Source: Ktedonobacterales bacterium (GTDB lineage: Bacteria > Chloroflexota > Ktedonobacteria > Ktedonobacterales > JADMIN01). From it: a stretch of 32,000 nucleotides of DNA. Below the pieces are notes generated by a model, which was not told the origin of the DNA, made no database searches, and was given only the letters and a program-made list of their open reading frames with translations. Position numbers and translations under genes: made by a program. Location of the stretch: the NCBI GenBank assembly GCA_030167145.1, contig CP126532.1:2670001-2702000 (forward strand), written 5' to 3'. Positions 14,555 to 23,900 of the stretch are shown here, piece after piece; the first letter of the stretch is position 1; the number at the start of each line of letters is the position of its first letter.

Positions 14555-16744
14555 ATGCAGACGCAGATGCGCAAGTGTAAGTCGTGCGGCACCGACAACC
14601 GCGACGACGCGATATACTGCAATGCTTGCGGCTACCGCATGGACGGCACAACCCCCACCCCTGGCCCCGGCGCATACGGCGGCATCCCCTACGGCAGCGC
14701 GAGCGCGCTCAACGCCACCGGACGCTTACCTCCGCAGTCGCGCCTGGGCGGCTACCAGATCCTGCGCAACGTCGGCCAGGGCGGCATGGCCGCCGTCTAC
14801 AAAGCCATCGAGGTGCGCTCCGGCAAAATCGTCGCCATCAAAGAGATGAGCCAGGTGGGCCTCTCGCCCGACGAACTGAAAGAAGCGCTGGATAGCTTCC
14901 GCTTCGAGGCGCAGGCGCTCAGCAAACTCTCGCATCCCAATCTGCCCAAGGTCTACAAATACTTCTCCGAGAACACCCGCCACTATCTGGTGATGGAGTT
15001 CATCGAAGGCAAAACGCTAGAGCAAAAGCTCGCCGATGCGCGCGGCGTGGCCCTGCCCGAAAACGACGTCCTTGCCTGGACCCGCCAGATCTGCGACGTC
15101 CTCAGCTACCTGCATCGCCAGCGCCCGCCGATCATCTTCCGCGACCTCAAGCCCGCCAACATCATGGTCACCGCCCAGGGGCAGGTCAAGCTGATTGACT
15201 TCGGCATCGCCCGCGTCTTCGCGCCCGGCCGCAGCCGCGACACCCAGGTGCTCGGCACGCCAGGGTTTGCCCCGCCCGAACAGTATGGCAAAGCGCAGAC
15301 CGACCCGCGCGCCGACATCTACGCGCTCGGCTGCACCCTCTACCAGCTCCTCACCGCCTACGACCCCGCAACCTCGCCCTTCAAGCTCCCGCCGATGCGC
15401 ACCAAAAATCCGGCGGTCTCCGCGCGCACCCAGCACGCCATTGAGAAAGCCACGCAACTCGACCGCGACGCCCGCTACGCCACCGTAGAAGACTTTGCAC
15501 ACGATCTGCCGCCAGCGGCAAACGCCAGCGCCAGCGCAGCGCGGGGGGGATGGTGGTCCGGCCAGAGCCAGACGGCGCAATCGCCGCGTGTCACTAACCA
15601 GCACCCCGTCACCAAGCCGTCAGCCGCCGCCCCAAAAGTCGCGGCGAAAGCCAGCCCGCCCACCATGGCGGCGGTGGTGGTCGCCGTACCCCACGAGGTA
15701 GATTTCGGCGCCCTGAACGCGGGCCAGCGCGGCGAAGTCGCCATCACCATCAGCGGGCAGGGCGGCATCCCCGTCAAAGGTGAGATCAAGCCACTCGCGC
15801 ACTGGCTGCGCGCCGAACCGAGCCGCTTCGACGGCAAGAGCACGGTGGTGCGCATCATCGCCGATACCGCGCTCACCAACCAGACGGGCAACATAAAAAG
15901 CGAAATCCAGCTCGTCTGCGATGGCAAGCAGATGTATCTGCCAGCGCGCGTGCAGATCAAGGGAACAGCCCAGGGCAAGCCAGCGAACGCCAAACCGTCC
16001 AGTGCGGCCAAGCCCGGCGGCGCTGGACCGCAGCGCGCCCCCAAGACAAAACCCGCATCGGCGCGGCCCATCCCGCGCAAGGTGCGCTTCGTCCTGGGGC
16101 TGGCCGGCGGCATCGGGCTGGCGGCGGGCACACTCGTCTTGTTCCAGCGGCTCTTGGAGACACACGCCCTGCGCCTGCCGCTCACCGCGCCCCTGGCGCT
16201 GGGGGCGCTGCTGCTCGCCAGCATCCTGGCAGGGATCGGCGCGCTGCTCTTCAGCGGCAGCGCACGTGCGGGCCGCTTCGGCACCAGCCTCTTTGGCGCG
16301 CTCACCGGCTTTATCCTCATCCTCTTCGGCTACGGCAGCGGCTGGTTCTGGCACGGGCTGGCAAACGCCCCATTCCTGCTAGAGCAAACGACGACTATCC
16401 CTCTGCCCGTGCAGATCGGCGTACCGCTGGCGGCTGGGCTGGGCGGCGCGATTGGCGCGGACCGGCGCATCGGCCCGTGGATGCAGGCGGTAGGGGAATG
16501 GTTCTGGCGCAATATCCGCCCATTTCTCGCGGCGGCGCTCATCTTTGGCGGCGGCTGGCTCGGCTTCAGCATCACCCAGGGCACAGGGGCTTTCGCCGTC
16601 TGTTTGACGCCCCTGGCCGTCATCGCTGGCGTCGGTCTGGGCATCTGGATCGCCCTCACCTTCAACCTGCTTTCCTTCCGTCGGCGCCTGCGCACTCCCC
16701 GCTACCCGCGCTATCCCCAGGGCGGCGCGCGTCCCTGGCCATAG
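14555..16744 (+). CDS. Ser/Thr protein kinase with an N-terminal zinc ribbon and a C-terminal multi-pass membrane region
   Basis: 729-aa ORF. The zinc ribbon is CKSCGTDNRDDAIYCNACG. The Hanks kinase motifs are GQGGMAAVYKA, VAIKEM, FRDLKPANIM, DFGIAR and GTPGFAPPEQ. A beta-rich segment follows, and then about 6-7 hydrophobic helices. Confidence 0.9.
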   Translation: MQTQMRKCKSCGTDNRDDAIYCNACGYRMDGTTPTPGPGAYGGIPYGSASALNATGRLPPQSRLGGYQILRNVGQGGMAAVYKAIEVRSGKIVAIKEMSQVGLSPDELKEALDSFRFEAQALSKLSHPNLPKVYKYFSENTRHYLVMEFIEGKTLEQKLADARGVALPENDVLAWTRQICDVLSYLHRQRPPIIFRDLKPANIMVTAQGQVKLIDFGIARVFAPGRSRDTQVLGTPGFAPPEQYGKAQTDPRADIYALGCTLYQLLTAYDPATSPFKLPPMRTKNPAVSARTQHAIEKATQLDRDARYATVEDFAHDLPPAANASASAARGGWWSGQSQTAQSPRVTNQHPVTKPSAAAPKVAAKASPPTMAAVVVAVPHEVDFGALNAGQRGEVAITISGQGGIPVKGEIKPLAHWLRAEPSRFDGKSTVVRIIADTALTNQTGNIKSEIQLVCDGKQMYLPARVQIKGTAQGKPANAKPSSAAKPGGAGPQRAPKTKPASARPIPRKVRFVLGLAGGIGLAAGTLVLFQRLLETHALRLPLTAPLALGALLLASILAGIGALLFSGSARAGRFGTSLFGALTGFILILFGYGSGWFWHGLANAPFLLEQTTTIPLPVQIGVPLAAGLGGAIGADRRIGPWMQAVGEWFWRNIRPFLAAALIFGGGWLGFSITQGTGAFAVCLTPLAVIAGVGLGIWIALTFNLLSFRRRLRTPRYPRYPQGGARPWP

Positions 16745-16795
16745 GCGCGCACGTGCGGACCGCTAAGTCGTGGAGAGATGCGAGGAGAGCGAGCG

Positions 16796-17587
16796 ATGCC
16801 AGCGAAACCGGACTATCTGGGCCAACATTTTGGCGATGCGTTTCAAGACGGCGATGTGGCGGCGGCTTATCAGTATCGCGCGCCCTATCCCGCCGCGACC
16901 TTCGCCCTGCTGGCCGATCTGATGCAAGACGAGCCACGCGCGGCGCTAGATGTGGGCTGCGGGCGCGGCGAGATCGCGCGCAACCTGCTGCCCCACGTCA
17001 CGCAGGTAGACGCGCTGGACCCATCGGCGGCGATGATCGCGGCAGGCAGAGCCGAGCCGGGCGGAGATGACCCCCGCCTGCGCTGGATCGTGGGCTACGC
17101 CGAGGATGCGCCGCTCGCGCCGCCCTACGCGCTGATTACCGCCGGGCAGAGCCTGCACTGGATGGACTGGGATGTGGTGCTGCCGCGCTTCGCCGCCGCG
17201 CTATCGCCGCACGGCAAGCTGGCGATAGTCTCGACGGATGAAACGCCGCCACCGTGGGCGGACGGCTTGCGCCAACTGATTGCGCGCCACTCTACGAACC
17301 AGGCGTATCAGCCAGTGGACCTGATCGGCGAACTCGCGGCGCGCGGGCTATTCGTCCGCGAGGGCGAGGCGCGCACACCGCCAGAGCCGTTCGCCCGCAC
17401 GGTTGAGGCCTACATTGCGATGTTCCACTCGATGAGCAGCCTCAGCCGCCAGCGCATGGGCGCGGAGGCAGCGACGGCGTTCGATAGGGAGCTGCGCGCG
17501 CTGGTCGCGCCATTCGCCACGGAGGGCACGCTGCCGCTGGAGGTCGCGGGCTGGGTGACCTGGGGCCGCCCGCTGGTGGGAACATAG
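16796..17587 (+). CDS. Class I SAM-dependent methyltransferase
   Basis: This is ORF 16778..17587. The likely start is the ATG at 16796, after GAGGAG. Motif I is ALDVGCGRGEIA, with the post-I motif VDALDPS. The size is typical of the family. Confidence 0.75.
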   Translation: MPAKPDYLGQHFGDAFQDGDVAAAYQYRAPYPAATFALLADLMQDEPRAALDVGCGRGEIARNLLPHVTQVDALDPSAAMIAAGRAEPGGDDPRLRWIVGYAEDAPLAPPYALITAGQSLHWMDWDVVLPRFAAALSPHGKLAIVSTDETPPPWADGLRQLIARHSTNQAYQPVDLIGELAARGLFVREGEARTPPEPFARTVEAYIAMFHSMSSLSRQRMGAEAATAFDRELRALVAPFATEGTLPLEVAGWVTWGRPLVGT

Positions 17588-17608
17588 TTTCCCGTCTGTT
17601 TCGCAGCC

Positions 17609-17640
17609 AGCAGCCCTCCGAGCCGTTCCGAAGAGGGGGG
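17609..17640. repeat. Small palindromic (REP-like) element, single-unit form
   Basis: The sequence gcagccctccgagccgttccgaagagggggg has complementary ccctc/gaggg arms. It is closely related to the core of the element embedded at 23034-23146. It lies in the intergenic region after the methyltransferase stop. Confidence 0.6.
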
Positions 17641-17723
17641 TCCGGCGGACGCCCGTGATCCGGTGCGGTGGGGCGGACATTCCTGTCTGCCCGGCGCGCC
17701 CGCTAGAATCCGTTCCGCCAATT

Positions 17724-17732
17724 TGCTATACT
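17724..17732 (+). promoter_or_regulatory. Candidate extended -10 promoter (TGcTATACT) for the zinc-ribbon membrane protein gene
   Basis: The sequence ttTGcTATACTatc lies about 44 nt upstream of the ATG at 17776. The -35 is weak (tagaat at a 17-nt spacing). Confidence 0.3.
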
Positions 17733-17775
17733 ATCGCTCGACTAGACGCACTAATCTGTGAAAGTGAGAGCGATC

Positions 17776-18549
17776 ATGGCATCTTCGACCTGTCCAAATT
17801 GTAGGCAGCCGGTAGCGGCGGGGCAGAGCGCTTGCCCGGCGTGTGGCTACCCGCTGAGCAGTGGTTCCAGCAGCGCGCTCGCATCGGTGCTAGCGCCGCT
17901 GCCAGTGCGCAAGCAGCGCCGCCAGTTTCCGGTGTTGTTCGTGGCAATCGCGCTGATCGTGGTCTGTGTACTGGGGTCGGGCGGTGTGCTCGTCTATAAC
18001 GTGATCCAGAACAGGAATGTGTTGTATTCGAATGCGATGACGGGGCTGGCAAACGACGCCTCCACCTGGCCAGACGACGCGAACTGCTTTGGCCGGTCGG
18101 ATGGCTACCACATCACTGCGGCGGATGCGTGCTTTCCCTTGCAATCGCCGTATCAGGATGAGAACATTTCGGTGGACGTGAAGCGCATCAGCGGGGATGG
18201 CGAGGGCTTCTTTGGCATCGCCTTTCGGCTGCTCGATCCAGCGCAATACGGCAAGGGCAACTACTACTTCTTTGGCATAGACACCAGCGACGACTGGTCC
18301 GTCTCCAAAGTGGTCAACTCAACGCCGTCGTATCTGCTGCATCCAACCGCCAGCGACGCCATCCATACCGGCGCGAACAGCGTCAACCATCTGGAAGTGC
18401 GCGTCCATCTCGACACCTATCAGTTCTTCATCAACGGGCAGAAGGTCGGCCAGACCGAAGACTCCACGTACCTGCTGGGCCAGTATGGGCTGGTGGGCGC
18501 GGATGGCATGGAGGTCGTCTTCACCGACTTCCAGGTCACGCGCGGCTAG
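17776..18549 (+). CDS. Zinc-ribbon, single-pass membrane protein with a beta-rich (lectin/DUF1080-like) C-terminal domain
   Basis: This is ORF 17758..18549. The likely start is MASSTCPNCRQPVAAGQSACPACG, a double CxxC ribbon. A TM helix (FPVLFVAIALIVVCVLGSGGVLV) follows. The C-terminal part reads GFFGIAFRL...YYFFGID...NHLEVRV...YQFFINGQKV. The fold call is weak. Confidence 0.6.
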   Translation: MASSTCPNCRQPVAAGQSACPACGYPLSSGSSSALASVLAPLPVRKQRRQFPVLFVAIALIVVCVLGSGGVLVYNVIQNRNVLYSNAMTGLANDASTWPDDANCFGRSDGYHITAADACFPLQSPYQDENISVDVKRISGDGEGFFGIAFRLLDPAQYGKGNYYFFGIDTSDDWSVSKVVNSTPSYLLHPTASDAIHTGANSVNHLEVRVHLDTYQFFINGQKVGQTEDSTYLLGQYGLVGADGMEVVFTDFQVTRG

Positions 18550-18569
18550 CGAGAATTGCAGCGGAGGAT

Positions 18570-19532
18570 ATGACAGAGCAGACAATACCCTTGCTGGCGC
18601 TGGTGGGGCCGACGGCGGCGGGCAAGACGGCGCTGGCGGTGAGGCTGGCCCAGCGGCTGCGCGGGACATGGTTCTGTGAGGCGGTCTCAGCGGATTCGCG
18701 GCAGATCTACCGGCTGATGGACATCGCCACCGCCAAGCCCACCGCCGAGGAACGCGCGCGGCTGCCGCATCACCTGCTCGATATGGTCTGGCCGGATGAG
18801 CGCTATACGCTGGCGCAGTATCAGGCGGACGCGAACGCGGCCATCGCGGAGATCGCGGCGCGCGGCGGGCTGCCGCTGCTGATCGGCGGCACCGGCCTCT
18901 ATCTGCGCGCCGTAGTGGATGGGCTGGCGATACCCCAGGTAGCGCCCTCGCCGGAACTGCGCGCCGAACTGGAAGCCGAGGCGGCGGCGCACGGCCCGGC
19001 GGCGCTGCGCGAGCGGCTGGCGGCGCTCGATCCCGTGGCGGCGGCGCACATTGACCCACAGAACGTCCGGCGGCTGGTGCGCGCCTTAGAGGTCTGCATC
19101 CTCAGCGGGCGGCCCTTCTCCGAACAGCAAGGCACACGCCCCACGCCCTACCGTCCGCTGCTGCTGGGACTGAATATGGAGCGCGCGGCGCTCTACGCAC
19201 GGGCCGATACACGCATTGACGCGATGCTGGCGGTGGGGCTGGTGGAGGAGACGCGCGGGCTGGTGGCGCGCGGCTACGGCTGGGAACTACCAGCGATGTC
19301 GAGCCTGGGCTATCGCGAGATTGGCGCGTATCTGCGCGCCGAAATCACGCTGGACGCGGCGATAGAGCGCTTCAAGCTGGCGACGCATGGCTACATCCGG
19401 CGGCAACTCACCTGGTTCCGCTCAGACGCGCGCATCACCTGGCTAGATGCCGCACTGCCGCCAGAGACACTGGCAGAGCAGGCGATGGCGCTGATTGAGC
19501 CATGGCTGGCTGCTAACACAGCGGCGGAATAA
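18570..19532 (+). CDS. miaA: tRNA dimethylallyltransferase
   Basis: 320-aa ORF. The P-loop is LVGPTAAGKTALAV, followed by SADSRQIYRLMDIATAKPT, and later LIGGTGLY and RRQLTWFR. Confidence 0.9.
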   Translation: MTEQTIPLLALVGPTAAGKTALAVRLAQRLRGTWFCEAVSADSRQIYRLMDIATAKPTAEERARLPHHLLDMVWPDERYTLAQYQADANAAIAEIAARGGLPLLIGGTGLYLRAVVDGLAIPQVAPSPELRAELEAEAAAHGPAALRERLAALDPVAAAHIDPQNVRRLVRALEVCILSGRPFSEQQGTRPTPYRPLLLGLNMERAALYARADTRIDAMLAVGLVEETRGLVARGYGWELPAMSSLGYREIGAYLRAEITLDAAIERFKLATHGYIRRQLTWFRSDARITWLDAALPPETLAEQAMALIEPWLAANTAAE

Positions 19533-19665
19533 GAACCGCACACACCCTGGCGGCATATGACTTGCGGGCGCATATCCACGGCCATGTCGGGCACTCATCG
19601 CAATGTGCGGTGTTTCCCAGTAGGGCAAGGACAATGTTTCGCTCAGCGAAAAGGAGCAACAGATC

Positions 19666-19899
19666 GTGGATGAATTGATCAACCAGGTGACACAGAAGAC
19701 CGGCATCTCGCAAGACCAGGCGCGCGGGGCGGTGCAGACCGTTGTCGGCTACCTGAAAGGCAAACTTCCCCCGCCGGTGGCTGGCCAGCTCGACAATATA
19801 CTGGGCGCCCAGGGCGGCGGCCAGAGCAGCGGCGGCATGATAGATCAGGCGAAGGGCATGCTCGGCGGGCTAGGCGGTGGCCAGCCAAATCAGCCCTAG
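19666..19899 (+). CDS. Small hypothetical protein (helical N-terminal half, Gly-rich tail)
   Basis: 77-aa ORF with a GTG start and AAGGAG 9 nt upstream. I did not recognise a family. Confidence 0.4.
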   Translation: MDELINQVTQKTGISQDQARGAVQTVVGYLKGKLPPPVAGQLDNILGAQGGGQSSGGMIDQAKGMLGGLGGGQPNQP

Positions 19900-20021
19900 C
19901 AGAGCGTTGCGCGCCGCCAATATGCGGCGGTGATGTACACTATCGGGGTGGCCCGGCGCGCAGTCGGACCACCTCAGACTATAGGTGTGCGACAACGTAT
20001 GGATGACACGGGAGCAGCATC

Positions 20022-20708
20022 ATGCAGGCGGTGGCGCGGACACGTGTGAAGATCTGCTGTATCAGCGCGCCGGATGAAGCGGCGCTGGCAGTGCGCTACG
20101 GAGCATCGGCGCTGGGGTTGGTCTCGGCGATGCCCAGCGGGCCAGGGGTCATCGCGGAGGAGACGATTGCGGAGATCGCGACGCGCGTGCCCCCAGGAAT
20201 CGCCTCATTCCTGCTCACCAGCCTGCAAGATGCCGACGCGATCATCGCGCAACAGCGCCGCTGCCGAACCAATACGCTGCAACTCGTGGATCGAGTGGAG
20301 GTGAGCGTCTATGCGCGGCTGCGCGCGGCGCTGCCCGGTATCGGCCTCGTGCAGGTGATCCACGTGAGCGGCCCGGAATCGCTGGATGAGGCCTGCGCCA
20401 TCGCGCCGCATGTTGACGCGCTGTTGCTGGATTCGGGCAATCAGTCGCTGGAGGTGAAAGACTTGGGTGGAACAGGGCGTGTGCATGACTGGCGCGTCAG
20501 CCGGGCAATCCGCGAGGCAGTGGATGTGCCGCTGTATCTGGCGGGTGGCCTGACGCCACTGAACATCGGCGAGGCAATACGGCAGGTGGGGCCATTCGGG
20601 CTGGATATGTGTAGCGGCGTGCGGACGAATGGGCGGCTGGACGAAGCGAAGCTGGCGCAGGTGATGGCGGCGGTGCGAGGCGAAGAGAAAGTGTGGGAAG
20701 CCCAATAA
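20022..20708 (+). CDS. trpF: Phosphoribosylanthranilate isomerase
   Basis: 228-aa ORF. The motifs are RVKICCISAPDEAALAVRYGASALGLV, LQLVDR, LLDSG...GGTGRVHDW, LAGGLTPLNI and GLDMCSGV. Confidence 0.85.
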   Translation: MQAVARTRVKICCISAPDEAALAVRYGASALGLVSAMPSGPGVIAEETIAEIATRVPPGIASFLLTSLQDADAIIAQQRRCRTNTLQLVDRVEVSVYARLRAALPGIGLVQVIHVSGPESLDEACAIAPHVDALLLDSGNQSLEVKDLGGTGRVHDWRVSRAIREAVDVPLYLAGGLTPLNIGEAIRQVGPFGLDMCSGVRTNGRLDEAKLAQVMAAVRGEEKVWEAQ

Positions 20709-20989
20709 TGACGTTCCCACGGGAATGAGCAGGATTCCGGCGCGACATAGCAGGCTGCGTCCCTGTGCCGCGCCATGGAACCCTGACACGTACCTCTACA
20801 TCATAGAACAGGTCATGTAGAATTCGCGTACCGCGCCGAGTCCGTGCGCAGACACCCCCGAATGCCCATATATTCGGCGCTCAGGCCCATGTACGACCGG
20901 CTTCCGCATACGTAGTGCGTACATGTATTCGTCAGCGTATGCGTCAAGTTTCACCGTCATGATCGCGCATGCCAGCGCTGAAACATCGC

Positions 20990-23900
20990 TCAGCGCTCGC
21001 GGATGCCTGGACGTATCTCCGCGCGGCTCATCTCGCGCACCAGCTCGCGCCGCCCCTCCCATGCGGCTATCGCTGCTTCGCGCGACGAGACACCGAGCTT
21101 GGCGTAGATATGACCCATGTGCGTATCTATGGTGCGCTCAGACCTGTCAAATCGCGTGGCGATTTCTATTTTGCTCAAACCCTGGCGCAACAGGTGCAGA
21201 ACCTCCCGCTCTCGCGGCGTCAGGGGTTGAGAGAGCAACTCGCTACGGCCCTTCGCACGCCGCTGCGTGGCCCGCTCGTTGGCGGACGCGACCTGGGCAA
21301 CGAGCGCGTGTGCGGCGGCGACGGCTTCATCCAACGGCAGCGCGCGTCCACTGGCATGCATGCCGATAAAGTTCGCGGCGCCGAGCCGTTTGCGCAGTGT
21401 CGCCACCAGGGGCGCGTACCAATCATCATCCATTTGATGTCGCGGCGCAGCCATTGCCGAGCGCTGCCCGTCCGCCGCGCCGAAGATGTGCGCCGCCTGC
21501 GCAGGCTGGCCCATCGCCGCGATGACATGCGCAACGCCTTCCAGCGACTCGACGACCAAAATCCGGCACTGGGCACGCGCGTAGATCTCCGCCGCCTCGT
21601 CATAGCGCGCCAGCGCGCCGATGTAATCGCGCTGCGCATAGGCAACCAGGGCGCGCGTGGCGAGGGCGTCACCCATCCCACGCAGGTCTTCGAGCGCGCG
21701 GAAGCGCGCCGCGCTTTCTTCCAGATTTTGTATTGCGAGCGCGGCGTGCCCAAGCCGGTGGGAGGTGCGGCCCAGATTGGTCTGCGACATGGCGATACCG
21801 CGCAAATCTTCTATGCCGTGGAAGAGCGCCAGCCCTTCGGCATAGAGCGCTTCGGCACGCGCCAGGTCATGCTGTTTCGCCAGCACATCGGCGAGATTGC
21901 TCAGCGACAGGGCAATACGCCGCTTATCCTCGGGCCGGTTGCCAAGCTGGCGCGCGAGCGCCAGCGACAGTTCAAGCAGCTTGAGCGACTGCGGCAATTG
22001 ATCGCGATATTCCGCGACACCGCCAAGCAGCGAGTAGGCGTCGCTCATGCTCAGGCTGTCGCCCAGCCTCTCGGCGAGCGCCAGACACTCCTCACCGGCG
22101 GTCTGCGCGACATCGAGATCGCCGCGCACCATGGCCAGATGTCCGGCCGCATAGAGCGCCGCAATGCGTGCGCGACGGTAGTCGAGGCTGGCGCCTGGTT
22201 CGCGAGCGAGCATCGCTTCAAGCCAGGTATATCCCTCGCTCAATTGGCCGCGATTGTACCACAATCGCCACATGGCGCTCGCCAGCCACAGCCCCACCTC
22301 GGCAGAACAATGGGTGTATGTCCAGCGCAACGCCGCCAGCAGATTGCCGTACTCCGCTTTCAGTCGTAGCAGCCAGGTCTGCTGTTGCGCGCTGGTCAGA
22401 TGCGGCCTAGCGCGCTGGGCGAGCGCCTGAAACCAGGTCGCATGCCGCTGGCGTAGCCGGTCGGCCTCACGTGCTTCGCGCAATTTCTCGTCCGCATACT
22501 GCCGGATCGGCTCAAGAAAACGATAGCGCCGCTCAGCGTTCTGTGTTTCAACTTCGACCAGCGCCGCATTGACCAGCAATTCGAGCAGGCGCAGGACGTG
22601 CGAGCGCTGGATGCCGTAGCCAGCGCAGATCGCTTCCGCTGCCTCGATATCCCAGCCACCCGCGAAAATCGCCAGCCGCCGGAAGAGAACACGCGCTTGC
22701 CCCTTGAGCAGTTCGTGGCTCCAGCCAATCGTCTCGTGCAGGGTTTTCCGGCGTGGCAGCCGCCCGGAGCGCGTGGGCAGCAGCGCAAAGCAGTCGTCAA
22801 GACGGGCGGCGATACGCGCGACATCCAGCAGCTTGACACGTGTGGCCGCCAGTTCGATGGCGAGCGGTATCCCGTCGAGCCGCGCGCAGATCTCCGCCAC
22901 TGAACGCGCGTTCTCCTGGGTGAGGGCGAAACCGGGCTGGCTGAGCGCGGCGTGTTCGCAGAAAAGCCGCACCGACTCATTTTCACGCAAGTGCGAGAGC
23001 GTGGGCAGCGGGTCCAGAGTGGGCAGCGCCAGCGAGGGCAAGCGGAGCGCAGCCCCTCCGAGCGCGCAGCCCCTCTGAGCGCGCAGCCCCTCTGAGCCGT
23101 TCCGAGGAGGGGTTCCGAAGAGGGGTTCTGAGGAGGGCAAGCGGAGGTTCGCGCCAGGCTCATCGCTGGCAGGCCCACGACTGGTGATCAGGATGCCGAT
23201 TCGTGGGCAAGCGCCGAGCAGTTCGCTGCCAAGCTGCACGCAGGCATCTATCAGATGCTCACCGTTATCCAGTATCAGCAGCAGGCGTTGCCTGCCCAGC
23301 CAGGTCGCCAGCGATGTGGTAAGCGCGCGTCCTTGTTCTTCATGGATGCCAAGCGCCACCGCCACTGCTTGCGGTATCTGCGATGGCTCGGAGACTGTCG
23401 CCAGTTCGACGATATGTATCCCATCGGGATAGGATGCGCGCAGATCGTCGGCCACCTGAATGGCAAGCTGTGTCTTGCCGCTGCCGCCCGCGCCCCAGAG
23501 CGTGAGCATACGCGCCGCGGTAAGCGCCTGACACGCGGCGGCGCGTTCGTGTACGCGGCCAATGAACGGGGTGCGCCGCTCCGCCAGACGCCGGTCCAGA
23601 CCACGCCAGCGCGGGGAATCATCATGAGCGGTTGCCGCTTCCGCTTCCGGCGCCGCTGCTGTTGCCACTGCTTTGCGCCGTCGTATAGACGTGCGTGGCG
23701 CGGCGCTGGCGGTGGGGTGCGCGCTCGTTGGCTTCGGCGTGGGAGCGACAGGATGTGATGTGCGGATCGGCCTCGGCTTCGGCAGCACCTTTCCTCCCAC
23801 GATATCCTCGTATAAGCGCCTGGTCTCCGTCGCCAGTTCGGCACTGGACAACTCCGGCCCCGCTGGCAGCTCCATCACATCGTATTGGTTCACGCGGCGC

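Noticed and set aside
19537-19556. The sequence acacaccctggcggc downstream of miaA resembles the acacacctggcggcgaa block upstream of both sulfotransferase genes.
   Set aside because: The match is only about 14 nt in GC-rich DNA. It is too short to distinguish from chance without a genome-wide count.
20796-21062. An 88-aa minus-strand ORF in the trpF-regulator convergent gap, together with hairpins around 20905-20943 considered as a terminator.
   Set aside because: The ORF overlaps the regulator 3' end in another frame and has no recognisable features. The hairpin (cgcatacg...cgtatgcg) has a 23-nt loop and no U-tract, so a terminator call is not justified.
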